Assembly: GCF_009834535.1 (NCBI RefSeq)
Contig: NC_045696.1
Coordinates: 76,138,001 to 76,202,000, forward strand
Length of the DNA stretch: 64,000 nucleotides
Direction of reading: 5' to 3'
DNA from: Camelus ferus
Taxonomy: Eukaryota
Shown here piece after piece: positions 1 through 11,768 of this stretch. The translations under genes and the position numbers were made by a program. Numbering within the stretch: position 1 is the first letter of the stretch; each line of letters opens with the position of its first letter. The notes below the pieces were generated by a model. It was not told the DNA's origin. It saw nothing but the letters and a program-made list of their open reading frames with translations, and did no database searches.

Positions 1-455
1 GTAAAATTCTACAGAGAAACAAGAACTATGATCTACCTTAGAAAACACAAGATGGTACAAGAAAATTTAAGTATAGCAAATATCAATAGATGCAAGAGAT
101 GGAAACTATTCTTATTGCCTAATAATTTTTTATTAGCAAAATAATCCTGAGTTGTTTTAAATAGCATTTCCTCTAGTGCATCTAAGTATAAATATATATT
201 TATAGATTTGATTGGGATACAGGACAGTAATTAGAAATCATGTCCAATAAAAAATCAGTCAGAAAGTAAGATAAAGTATAACATAATACAAATTATAAGA
301 AATATAATTTGACTTAGAAAATTTCAATGCTCAAGAAACTTTCTTAAACATCTATATAATATAATAGAGGTATCCCTATGTGTAAATAAGTTATAGGGCA
401 CCTTGGATACAGTTGGATGGATGGAAGGAAAGAAGGAAGGAAAATGATAGATATA

Positions 456-1615
456 AGAGCAAAAATGAACAAATGGGACCTAATAAAACTTGTAAGTTTT
501 GCACATAAAGGAAACTATAAGCAAAACAAAATGACAATCTACAGAATGGGAGAAAATATTTGAAAATGATGCAACTGATTAAGGCTTAATTTCTAGAATA
601 TATAAACAGCTCATACAACTTAATAACAAAAAAATAAACAGCCCAATCCAAAAATGGGCACAGGACCTAAACAAGCAATTCTCCAATGAAGACATACAAA
701 TGGCCAACAGGCACATGAAAAAATACTCAATACCACTAATTATCAGAGAAGAGAAATGAAAATCAAAACTACAATGAGGTATCACCTCACACCAGTCAGA
801 ATGGCCATCATTCAAAAGTGCATGAACGATAAATGCTGGAGAGAGTATAAAGAAAAGGGAACCCTCCTACACTGCTGGTGGGAATGCAGTTTGGTGCAGC
901 CATTATGGAAAACAGTATGGAGATTCCTCAAAAGACTGAAAATAGATTCACCATATGATCCAGCAATCCCACTCCTGGGCATATATCCAGAGGGAACGTT
1001 AATTCAAAAAGACACATGCACCTCAATGTTCATAGCAGCACTATATACAATAGCCAAGACATGGAAACAACCTAAATGTCCATCGACAGATAACTGAATA
1101 AAGAAGTTGTGGTATATTTATACAATGGAATACTACTCAGACATAAAAAAGAACAAAATAGTGCCATTTGCAGCAACATGGATGGACGTAGAGATCATCA
1201 TTCTAAGTGAAGTAAGCCAGAAAGGGAAAGAAAAATACCATATGATATCACTCATATGTGGAATCTAAAAAAGAAAAAAAAAAAGGACACTATGAACTCA
1301 TCTACAACAACAAAAAAAAAAAACAAACTCGCAGACTTAGTAAACAATCTATAGTTACTAGGGATAGAGGGTGGGAAGGGATAAATTTGGGAGTTTGAGA
1401 TTTACAAATGTTAGCCACTAGATATAAAAATAGATTTTTAAAAAAGTTTCTTCTGTATAGCACAGAGAATTATGTTCAATATGTCGTAATAACCTTTAAT
1501 AAAAAAGAATATGAAAATAAATGTATGTATGTATATGCATGAATGGGACACTGTGCTGTACAACAGAAATTGACACATTGTAACTGACTATACTTCAGTA
1601 ACATAAGTTAAAAAA
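456..1615 (+). mobile_element. LINE-1, 5'-truncated (ORF2 C-terminus, 3' UTR, A-rich tail)
   Basis: ORF 756-1097 ([68 protein letters not shown]) is the typical L1 ORF2 Cys-rich C-terminus. The 3' UTR ends GAAATTGACACATTGTAACTGACTATACTTCA plus an A-rich tail. Frameshifts and stops show it is defective. Confidence 0.95.
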
Positions 1616-1911
1616 TGTTTTTGATTTTTTTAAATGGATTTTTTTTCTTTTTAAATCAGGAAAAGTATAGTAAGTATATAAGCATTTCAAATAAAGAGAA
1701 GTCAGAATTCAACATAGTACAAAATAATTTCAGATGCGCTTTACTTTGTATCACAGATAGACTCAACATTTTTGTATGAATTATATTTACGTGATAAAGT
1801 ATGTTAAATAAACCAAAGCGTGGTTATCATTAAAAAAAAAAAAAAAAACTCCAGTAAGTTCTTTATTAAAAACAACTAACTGCTTCCTCATTTATCTATG
1901 TTGTAAATTTT

Positions 1912-3400
1912 CCATTAACAAATAATTACTGAGCACCAACTATGTTCCAGACACCAAGTCTATAGTATTGTAGTCCCCCCTTATCTGCAGAGGATACAGT
2001 CCAAAACCCACAGTAGAGGACTGAAACCACAGATAGTAAAAAAAAAAAACCCTATATATATACTGTTTTCTTCCTATATGTACACACCTATAGTAAAGTT
2101 TAATTTAAAAATTAGACACAGTAAGAGATTAGTAACAATTACGAATAAAATAGAAAATCCTAACAATGTCCTGTAAAAAAGTTACGTGAATGGTCTCTCT
2201 CTCTCAAAATATCTTCTTGTTCAAATTTAATGCCTTTTTCATCTTAAGTAAGCACTTACACACCATGGCCATAACTTTTGCAGTTTCAGTTGCAACAGCA
2301 AAGCTAGCACAAATGTCTTTTTCCTTCTTCACAATTTCACAGATGGAGGATTCATTCATACTGTAGATCTTAGCCTGAGCACACAATTGGTTTTCTTCCC
2401 TTACTAAGCCAAGAAGTTGCATCTTTTCACTTAAAGGAAGCACTATAGCTTCTCCTCAGCATCTCTGAATTGCCAGCATCACTACTCTTGCACTTTGGGG
2501 CCATCCTTAAGTAAAATAATAGTTACTTGAACATAAGCACCGTAATACGACAGTCAATATGATAACCAAGGAAATGACTAACATGTGGGATACATTGGAC
2601 AAAGGAATAATTCACATTGCAGGCAGGACAGAGTGGGTGGCTTGAGAGCTATTCAGAACAGCATACAATTTAAAACTTACGCATTGCTTATTTCTGAAAT
2701 TTTCCATTGAATATTTTCAATTCTCGGTTGATCATGGGTAACTGAAACCACAGAAAGCGAAACCACAGATAAGACTATTGTACTAAACAAGGCAGCACGG
2801 TCTTGTAATCAGGAACTAAGAGTATACATGCACAAACAGACAAGTGAATAAACAATTTAATTTAATAAGTACAAAGTGTGCTGAGTGCTATGAAGGAAAT
2901 AAACATGGCATGTGATAGAGAATAGATGGAAAACTTTTTTAGATTGAATACTCAGGGAAGACTTCTCTAAGGAAGTGACATCTAAGCCAAGATCTGAAAG
3001 ATAAGGAGCTCGCCCATCACCCAGAGAGAAAGGGAGCAAGAATATGTGTATTGTGTGTGAGGCACTGTGGTGGAGGAAATAGAGTTTAAAGGCCTGAGGA
3101 GTGAAGAAGGCTGGAGGATAGTTAAGAAGGAGGGGAGGGGCCAGAGAAGGGATCTGGTAGGCTGGGGCTGTGAGAAGAAGATTGGAATTTAATCCAATCC
3201 ATGTTTCTATACAATCACTCATGCTACTAAGCAGGCAACTGAAGAGGGGTAGCATGGAAACCAAGTCACATGTTAGGAGATTATTACATAACTGGAAGGA
3301 TAACGGTAGCTGGACTACGTGGTTGCAGTGGAAACAGAGACAGGTCAGTGAACTTAAGGAAAGAAGCAACAGGGCTTGCTGATGGACTGGATGCGGGGCT
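1912..3400 (-). mobile_element. LINE-2 3' fragment, interrupted by MER44/Tigger7 at 1968-2780
   Basis: CATTAACAAATAATTACTGAGCACCAACTATGTTCCAGACAC at 1913-1955 resumes after 2782 (AGTGCTATGAAGGAAATAAA, CAGGGAAGACTTCTCTAAGGAAGTGACATCTAAGC), typical of antisense L2. Confidence 0.8.
1968..2780 (-). mobile_element. MER44 (Tigger7 deletion derivative, TcMar-Tigger) with transposase N-terminal relic
   Basis: TIR-like ends TTGTAGTCCCCCCTTATC and GATAAGACTATTG, each flanked by TA. ORF 2204-2443(-) (LPLSEK..AKIYSMNESSICEIVKKEKDICASFAVA..KMKKALNL) resembles the CENP-B-type HTH of Tigger transposases. Confidence 0.88.
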
Positions 3401-3898
3401 TAATAAGGAGGTTTGTATCAAAGATCTCTCTCAGTTATAGATACAATCCAGGTCTTTATATAAACTCTTCTCAATTTAATATAAGGATTATGTTCTAAAA
3501 GTATGCACTAAATTGCATGTGAAAATGCACTCTGGTTTAACAAAAACTTATTTAAGCTTCTCAGATTGATATTCTTGATACCATTTATAACTAAATTTCT
3601 ATTGGAAAAAATGTATTGCACCAAACATGGAAATTTACAATTTTTTCTTCATTTCATAATGTATTTAAAGTGAGCCTTTCTTTTTTTATTCCTCTTCAAA
3701 ATCTTTAATAGTTTCCATCTATGTTGTTGCTGTTGTTTTATAAAGGTGACTTAAATCCACACTGGTTAACCTAGAAGATGATTAAAGAAATTCATTTAGC
3801 TAGGTCACTGCTTCGAGTGGGTCAGCCACAAAGAGACAGAAAGATGTAAATCACCCACTCCGATGATCCCAGACAACACCACAAGCAGAGGCAAACCA

Positions 3899-4303
3899 CA
3901 GCCGACCCGTGAACACTGGTGTGAGTTAGGGGAGCCAACCCGCCTCACAGTCAAAAGTCCAAGTGTAACTTATACTCAGCCCTCCATAAATGCAGGTCCA
4001 GGTCCATGGTTCTGTACCCAGGAATTCAACCAACTGTGGGCTGTGTAGTACTGAGTATTTACTTTTAAAAAAAAATTCAGTTATACATATATACCTGTTC
4101 TTTTTCATATTCTTTTTCATTGTAGGTTATTGCAAGCATTTGATTATAGTTTCCTGTGCTGTATAGTAGGCCCTTATTGTTTACCTATTTCGAGTACAGT
4201 AGTTTGTATCTGCTAATCCCAAACTCCTAATTTATTACTCTTGAAAAACACCTGCGTGTAAGTGGACCCACAGTTCAAACCTGTGTTGTTCAAGGGTTGA
4301 CTG
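3899..4303. mobile_element. Tigger2/MER8-like MITE, interrupted by an L1 3' fragment
   Basis: TIRs CAGCCGACCCGTGAACA and TGTTCAAGGGTTGACTG followed by TA; internal GTAAGTGGACCCACAGTTCAAACC motif. Confidence 0.8.
4064..4234 (-). mobile_element. L1 3' UTR fragment nested in the Tigger2-like MITE
   Basis: TATAGTTTCCTGTGCTGTATAGTAGG..TATCTGCTAATCCCAAACTCCTAATTTAT is the antisense of the L1 3' UTR seen at 1380-1470 and 33810-33900. Confidence 0.8.
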
Positions 4304-4788
4304 TACTAGAAAGGAGAGGCTGTGAAAGCTTCGCTTGCTGCTCTCACTAGAGGCCCGGTTCAGACTTGGCATTGTGTTGACCCATGTACACACTGGATGA
4401 TTTTGCCAAATCTGCTCCAGCTGCTCTCTCATCTGTTGAATTTTTACTGAACTTTTATACCTTGCACACAAATAAGACTATTCTTTGGTTTGTAGGATCA
4501 CTACAAATTTTATCTGTATAAATCTAGGTTAGCCTCATAAAATTCTGAATCACCCATATGGAAAAAGACAGATACCTAGGCAAAAGAGATTCATGCCAGG
4601 TTCCCAGTTGAAATTATTTCCTCTCATTGCTTTTAATTTCTAAGTTTCAATTTCTAAATGTCTAAAATTTTAATTGTAAGTCTTTTGAGGAGTATTTATA
4701 GTAACTAAAACTAAGGTGGGGTGCCCATCAAGACCCAGCCTCCTGAATCTTGTTCAAAATGAGAGCCTCACTCTCCCTCTGTCCCTTG

Positions 4789-5199
4789 TGTATTAGTCAA
4801 GGTTCTTTAGAGATAGAGAACCGATAGGCTATACATATTTATATAGAGAGAGATTTATCATAAGTAATTGGTTCATGTGACTATAGAGGCTGGCAAGTCC
4901 AAATCTGCAATGTGGGCCAGCAGGCTGGAGACCCAGAGAGCTGATGTTATAGATGAAGTCTGAAGGCAGTCCTCCGGAGAATTTCCTCTTGCTCAGGGAG
5001 GCCATTTATTTTGTTCTATTCAGACCTTCAACTGATGAGAAGAAGCCCACCACATTATAGAGAACAATCTGCTTTAATCTACTAATTAAAATGTTAATCT
5101 CATCCAAAAACACTCTGGCAGAAACACTCAGAATAGTGTTTAACAAAATATCTGAGTACCCCATGACCCAGTCAACTTGACATGCAAATTAATCATCAT
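4789..5199 (-). mobile_element. MLT2-type (ERVL) solo LTR
   Basis: Starts TGTATTAGTCAAGGTTCT and ends CCAGTCAACTTGACATGCAAATTAATCATCA, matching antisense MLT2 termini. Confidence 0.85.
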
Positions 5200-5319
5200 A
5201 TCTTGCCAGTCCCAATTCCTCCTTTCTGCAAGGACAAAATCTTACAGTGGGAAGAGTTAGGTCTCAAAGTTCAAGGACTAAATACTAGGTCCAACTGACA
5301 ATGTAGTTTAGTAATAAAA

Positions 5320-5525
5320 ATGCAAGTGGGCTTTGATATCAAATATACCTGGGTTCAAATCCCTACCCACCAGTACAGTTTAGGGACTTCAAGCAAGTTA
5401 TCTGGCTTCTGAGAACCTTGATTTGGTTCTTGGTAGAATGGAGATTACAATAGGTTCATTCTGAGTAATCAACTAAATAATACCCCCTGACAGTTCCAGA
5501 CACATGATAGACTGCTAAAGAATCT
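5320..5525 (+). mobile_element. MIR SINE
   Basis: CCTGGGTTCAAATCCCT..AGCAAGTTATCTGGCTTCTGAGAACCTTGATTT..GTAGAATGGAGAT, a degenerate MIR core. Confidence 0.7.
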
Positions 5526-5710
5526 TGTCACAGCGGGAGTCCCAGCTGCGTTGTCTGCTTACTGATATTTAGCCATGTCTGGCTGCCTGGGAGGGTGGGT
5601 CTGCCAGGAGAGATGGCTTCAGGAACTGAAGAGTCTCCTGGGAAAGAACTCATACAGAACAAGACTGTCAGACAACCTTGGCCTGGGAAGAAAAGGCCTC
5701 AGTTATCTGG

Positions 5711-6190
5711 TGTTGACTGAAATAAATGCGCAGCCTAAAAGTTAAGAGTTATGTTTTATTTGGTGGGAGGACTCAAGCCGGGATGACAGCCTCTCAGGTC
5801 GCTCTGAGGGACTGCTCCGAAGAGGTAGGGGAGGAGCTAGGATATATAGGAGCTTTACAACAAAGACCAGGTAGTTGGAACAATAAAAGATTGCTTGTTA
5901 TCTAAAGAAAACCAGGCATCTTAAGTTAAAGAATTGAGTGCTTTTCTATGTATGGGAGGAAGCAAACATTTGGGCTCACTGAATTCATTCCTTTGACAAG
6001 CACCTAACTATCCAGGGCCAGTATCCTGTCCTTTCTTATTCTGAGTCCACTCAGAGTGCACCATTGTGAGTGGCTGCAGGCCTGTCCTCACTGGGGGGTG
6101 GCAGCAGCCGCTGATGACTTGGTTTCAGCCTTCTTTGTCTACTGATATGGTTGCAGTATTTTCATTCACATTGCAGTATTTTCGTTCACA
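5711..6190 (-). mobile_element. Young ERV1-class solo LTR (MER41-like cetartiodactyl family)
   Basis: TG...CA termini with a 4-bp TSD CTGG (5707-5710 / 6191-6194). On the minus strand there is a TATA box (CCTATATATCC) and a poly(A) signal (AATAAAACATAACTCT). Several CpGs are retained. The family name is from memory. Confidence 0.85.
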
Positions 6191-6985
6191 CTGGGGAAAG
6201 ACTGGCTTTGACTCTCCAGTGCTACACCCCTCCCCCTGCCCAGCCCCTTTCAGACATACTCGTGCCAGAGTCCTGGTGAGAAAGGAGACTCTGAACAAAA
6301 ACAAAGAGGTATTTTTCCTAAAAACATCTGGCTCACCCTTGCATTTCTTCTTCTCTTCCTTCCATATACTCATGATCACTGAGGAGAATTCTAGCTGGTC
6401 CAACTTCCCTGGGATTCTTTCTTTCCTTGGATTTTGGTGGGTTTGGCTGACAAGCCCAACTCAGAGTCTCAGAACCTGCATTTTCTAGGTTGCTTGAATG
6501 AAGTAAGCACCTGGCTTCTTTCCTACCCCTCCCAAGTCTGCGTTCTTTGGATGGATTAGCATTTACATGGAACTCCAGAGGGACTTAGCTTTCCTAACCA
6601 AAATATGAAAAGCCGTTTAGTTCCTGATTAGTAACTTAACAGGGCAAGCAACCTGTTACATTAACAGGCACATTCCTCAGGGGGCTACTATGTCATTTTA
6701 CCCTCTACATAACCCTTTCCAAACAAGGAAGCAGATACTCAGTAGATTCAAACAGCATCAGAACCTCATCTTGGGTATTGGCCCAGATACAAACTGGAAT
6801 GACTCTACAGAGATGCCTAAGCTTTCTAGGCTGAAAGTAGCCAAACCTGGTACACTCAGAATTAGACTTTTGAAGGTACCTTTGTTTCCCTGGCCCACAT
6901 CCCTCACCCTGTACTAGCCAGTGTCTTTCAGTAGATTAAAAACATCCCTGTTTCCCATCCCCACCAAAGCTAATTCTTCTAGATT

Positions 6986-7177
6986 AGTACTGTCCAATAG
7001 AATTGTCTGCAATGATGGAAATGTTCTGTATCCGCACCATCCCATGTGACAGCCACACATGACTACTGAGCACTTCAAATGTGCTAGTGTGACTTTATAA
7101 ACTGAATTTTTAATATTACTTAATCTCAATAAGTTTAAACTGCCACTAATAGCTAGCGACTACCATGCGTATCTAGA
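6986..7177 (+). mobile_element. MER3 (hAT-Charlie)
   Basis: CTGTCCAATAGAATTGTCTGCAATGATGGAAATGTTCTGTATC..TGAGCACTTCAAATGTGCTAGTGTGACT matches the MER3 consensus as recalled. Confidence 0.85.
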
Positions 7178-7719
7178 TAATGACTCATCAGCCACATGAA
7201 ACTCCTTTCTATCATCCATTGGATCCATAACCCTGTTTTCATAGGACCCTGGATCCCACCTATGTGGTTCTATTCTCTTTCTAAGCCTCAAATGCTAATG
7301 AATTTGAATTCTTCAATGAGCATATTCATAGATAATAATTTCTGGTGGAAGATAGCTTGATACAACCCTCAAACAATCCCAAAGTGGTTAGTTATAAATT
7401 TAACCCTAGGCAAGTTGTTTTAGGGGTCATCACTTATAAGCCCTAACAATAGAAATCTAATGGATAAATGTCAGTTTGGCTGTCTCTCCAATTCCTTAGC
7501 CCTTCTGAGCCTCTTTGGTACCCCAGGATGCTCCCAGTGGTTCTTATTCTATCATCCACCCTGCCTACCTGTTTGCTCATGCCCTCCTCACAGTAGACTT
7601 ACGGCTTGCCCTTCTTCTAATCCCAGAAGTCCAGAAGTATATTCATAGAGTACAAGCATTTCCCCACACTCCAAAATGTTTTAAAACTTTGTCACTGGCT
7701 TCTTGTTCTAAACAGGGCC

Positions 7720-7756
7720 CATTCTACATGTTATATATATATAACATTCTACATGT

Positions 7757-7789
<33 letters not shown>

Positions 7790-7822
7790 ATGTGTGTATA
7801 TATATATATACACACACATACA
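7720..7822. repeat. 25-bp tandem duplication followed by a compound (TA)/(TG)/(TA)/(CA) microsatellite
   Basis: CATTCTACATGTTATATATATATA at 7720 and 7745, then alternating dinucleotide runs. Confidence 0.9.
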
Positions 7823-7884
7823 AGGTTCTCAGAAGCTTGCCCTGGGGAACAAAATTAAATATCCCTCAAAAATCTATCCCCACT

Positions 7885-8108
7885 GAGAGCAGGGGCTCCA
7901 ATCTCAGCTCTGCTGCTTTGCAGCTGTGTGACAGACACCAGTCATCTTGTTTCATCTCTCTGGGCCTCAGTTTCCTTACCTGTAAAATGGGTAACCCCAA
8001 GAGCACACCTGCAATGGACAGTGGAAAGATTAAATGAGCCTCACTCTCAGAAACTGCTCAACAATGCCTGGAATGTAAGAATATTCAGTAAATACTAGTT
8101 CTTATTAG
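7885..8108 (+). mobile_element. MIR SINE
   Basis: CTCTGGGCCTCAGTTTCCTTACCTGTAAAATGGG core and a 3' AGTAAATACTAGTTCTTATT end. Confidence 0.85.
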
Positions 8109-8149
8109 CCATAAAAAAAAATCTATCCTCATATTTCAGAGTTGATCAG

Positions 8150-8275
8150 GACAGATTCATTGATGCCACTCTTGATGTTCAATAGGCCCCAGGTGGGGCA
8201 CAGAAATCTGCATTTTTACAAGTACCCAGGAGATACTGATGTAGGTAATTCTTAGAATTCACTTTCAGAAAATCT
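8150..8275 (+). mobile_element. MER5-type (hAT-Charlie) fragment
   Basis: GGTGGGGCACAGAAATCTGCATTTTTACAAGTACCCAGGAGATACTGATG. Confidence 0.7.
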
Positions 8276-11200
8276 AAACTAGAAAAAACAACTTCACTTT
8301 CTTAATTCCATCTGTTGGCATGATACAATAATTTGATGGCAAAAAAAAAAGGAAAAGAAAAGAAAAAATCAAACTAAAGCATCTTCCAGTAATCAAAGGT
8401 ATTCTCTGATCTTTAGTTTTCTCCTGAAACTTCCATATCACTTCTACCTTACAGTGATGTGCTTGCATCTTTGCCAGGAATTTAAGTCATGACATCTCTT
8501 GAACGCACCTCAGGTCTTATTCCCCTCAGCACAGTGCCGCAACCCAGTTGCCTTGGCATCCTCCTGCTGAGTGTCACTCACAGGGCCCATCACACACAGG
8601 CACACATCATTGCTTCCCAGACCGTCTCTATACCCATTCAGACCTGGGCTTTTCAGGCAGCGCATGATTCTTCACGCTCTGCCTCTTTCTCACATCCAAG
8701 GGGCCTGTGCTTAATTTATCAGTTTGGACTCTGACTCTACTCCTGCTGCTAACCTTGAGTGTTTAAAGCTCTGACATGTAATAACAACAAGGCTTTTGAT
8801 GGCAGCCAGCCTATGACAGGTAGGAAAAGCCTGTACATTAAAAATAAGATTAGAAAGCTCATGGGCTACTGAAACCTTCATTCCTGCCTAAGGCTCCCAA
8901 AGATTTCTTTACTTCTAGGACATTATTTTCTGCCCTCTGGGAACAAATCTATTTGACATATATTTGTCACCTACAAATCAATGGACAAACCAAGCAGACT
9001 AGTAGGGTTTTAGAAGCCCCAGAATTTAGGCGAACTTGGGCAGGAGTCATGATGAATGTTTAGGAATATGGGAGGATGGAAGCTAGGAGGAGCTGGCAGA
9101 GACATCTAATTACATAAAGCAGGGCCCAGCATAACCGACTCAATTGCAGCAACAAGCTCTGGGGCAGATAAGAAGATCCAAACAGACAAGTCTCAGTATT
9201 TGGGCATCGGGCTGTTTGAAAGGCACAACGGTGAGAGACCCTGGCAGCAGCCACCATCCTTGTGGGTGTGTGTACGTTAGGCCCCCAGTGCATATCTGAG
9301 GTGAACGGCATGCTGTAGAATACAATATTGTTTGGGCTTAGTTTGAAGTCAGTCAGTAAATTAGGATTCAGCAGTGCAAACGTGGGCAGATAGACAACCC
9401 CGGGCCAACCAGACGGGTATGATGTGGAAGAGGGCATAACAGGAAGTGCTGTGACTTGCGGGCTGTGCTTCAGTGCCTGGTGCAGGTGGTGAGCAGGTTA
9501 GAGGTTGTGCAGGAGGCACCAAAAATGATCAGGGTCATAGCTCAGCCACAGCTAAGTCAGCAGACCTCGATTACGGAAAGCACTTAATCTGAGCCCGCAA
9601 TCTGGGCTGGAGGTGGAGCAGGGGAGGTGGCTGTAACAAAATACTTCTTTGCTCTGCTCTGTCAGAATTAGCTCAGGAGCCAGCAGGGCACCAGTAGGAC
9701 TAGCAGTTGGCATTTGTGCTGTTACTCATCAAGACAACTGAGACACACTTCTTGATCCTTGGATTCTATTATAACAATCCAGGCTACACCATACAACACA
9801 CCATCTGCATCAGGTGTAGGCTCCACACCCAGATTTGCTAGCATCTATCATTCACATCACCATCCCAGTCCTAGAGCCTCATCACTCAGGAATCAAGAGG
9901 GCTCAGGCTGATGTGCACAACTGTAACAGTGCCTAAGCAATCAACTCAGCTGGTTGGGTCACACCCTCCAAGTTAACCCTCCAAGGGTACCTCCCTCCTC
10001 CTTCTTCCTTGCCACTCTCACCTCCATTAGTTTTAACAGTACAATCAAAAGAGGAACATTCAAGCATAACTGGCCAATGTTTTGGAGGTGAAAACAAAAG
10101 TGCTTATGAAAGGCATATCAATGCCAAACAAATGGTAAAGTAAAATCAAAGGTATAAGATCAGTAAGGAAAAGTCACTCCTCAGTTATAATTTGCAGATG
10201 CAAACTTTTCATGCTTTTGATCAAAAAAAAAAAATAGAACAAATTATATGGGCAGTATGTGGGCCAAAAATTTGTTCAACTCAAAAGATTTTTGTTTGAT
10301 ATAAACAGGCATTAATTAGCATGTGTTTATTACTCCTATTTTTCAAGCATATTGGAGTTCAATTAAGAAACTGATAAGCCTCTTTCCTGAAAAGACTAAA
10401 AGGAAAAATATTAACACACCATTAAAACGCTCATCAGAAAAGAGAACTTGGTAATCATTGCTAAAGGTAAATGTCCATATTAACCTGACGAGATGGAAGG
10501 CTAACGAAAAAGGTGTCTTTCTTTTCACACTTCAAATAACAGGTGAAATGGAATCTTCATCTGCAACCTAACAATAGACATATATTAAAATGTTTCATAC
10601 TTGAAAAGAAAAGCAACACTTGTCAAACTCAAAAAAAAGACTTTCTACAGTTTATTCATGCAAGCTTTATAACTTATACTGGATTTAATAAATTAATAAT
10701 ATTAATAGTATATTCACTAAATACCCTAAAAAGTCAAGTTATTTGAGAGAGATACAGATACATCTTCTACAAGAGATGGCCAATCAACACCTACAAAGTA
10801 TAAACTGATTAAAGAATATTAGGAAAGATTTAGAGAAAAAAATCCCTAAATAAAACTTCCATTTTGATCACATTATATGTCAAGAATTCTGGGGAAAGTA
10901 AATCATGCCCCTTGCCATCAGTAAATAGAGATACTACAACCTTGGCTTTGAACAGAAGTAAAGGAAACCATCTTTCAATCATCCACCCAGTCAGCAAAAC
11001 TTTGCTAAATGTCTACCAAATACTTGGCACTATGCTAGCTAATAGAGATTCAAGTCACTCTGATGAACACATCTTCAAGTTGAAGGAGATGTTCTGTGTC
11101 CTGCTAAGAGTTGTTATCCCATTGCCAGCTGGCCCACTGAGAACTGCAAAACAGAAGACGGCTTACAGACACGGTGCAGGAGGAGAGCAAGCACAGGGTG

Positions 11201-11615
11201 TGTAAGTGCTGAGGCTAACTCCATAGGCAGAGGATCTAAAGGAGCTTTTCCTGCCATGCATTGCTGACATGCACTCTGGGATTTATTGAAAGTTTTAAAC
11301 TGAAGATTAATATGATCATATCTTTGTTTTAGAATATTTGGAGACAGTGTCAGGGTAAAGGTCAAACTTAGTAGCAAGTGAACATATAATGAACTGTTCA
11401 AGAGGAAAATGTAAGGCAGTTTGGTCTACAGCAAACAGTAGGAGTATGCAAACATGAAAAGACTCAAGTCTTGTTTAAGGGTTACTCTCCACTGGACTAA
11501 GTGATTGAGTGGATCTAAGGAATGAAAATAGGGAGAAGGCAAGGATGCTGTTTTGCTTCATCTCCCTAAATGTCAATTTTCTCATCTATAAGGTAGATTT
11601 ATTGTCCTAACAGTA

Positions 11616-11768
11616 CAATCATTCCTCTGTACCCTCAAGGGAATGGTTCCAGAACCCGCGCAGTTACCAGAATCAATGCTTAAGTCCCTCAAGAAAATAC
11701 CAAAGCACAAGCTTCCACAGCCGCAGATTCAACCAGCTGGGAAGCCCACGAATATAGTGGGACGACTG
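11616..11768. mobile_element. Short MER2/Tigger3-like MITE inserted in a MIR
   Basis: TA|CAATCATTCCTCTGTACCC..GGAATGGTTCCAGAACCC..GTGGGACGACTG|TA. The flanks (AATTTTCTCATCTATAA and CACAGGGTTGTTG) rejoin as MIR. Confidence 0.75.

Noticed and set aside
2857..3382. 170-aa ORF, the longest in the window, and an overlapping ORF
   Set aside because: Lies in degenerate L2 sequence with no recognisable domain or splice structure.
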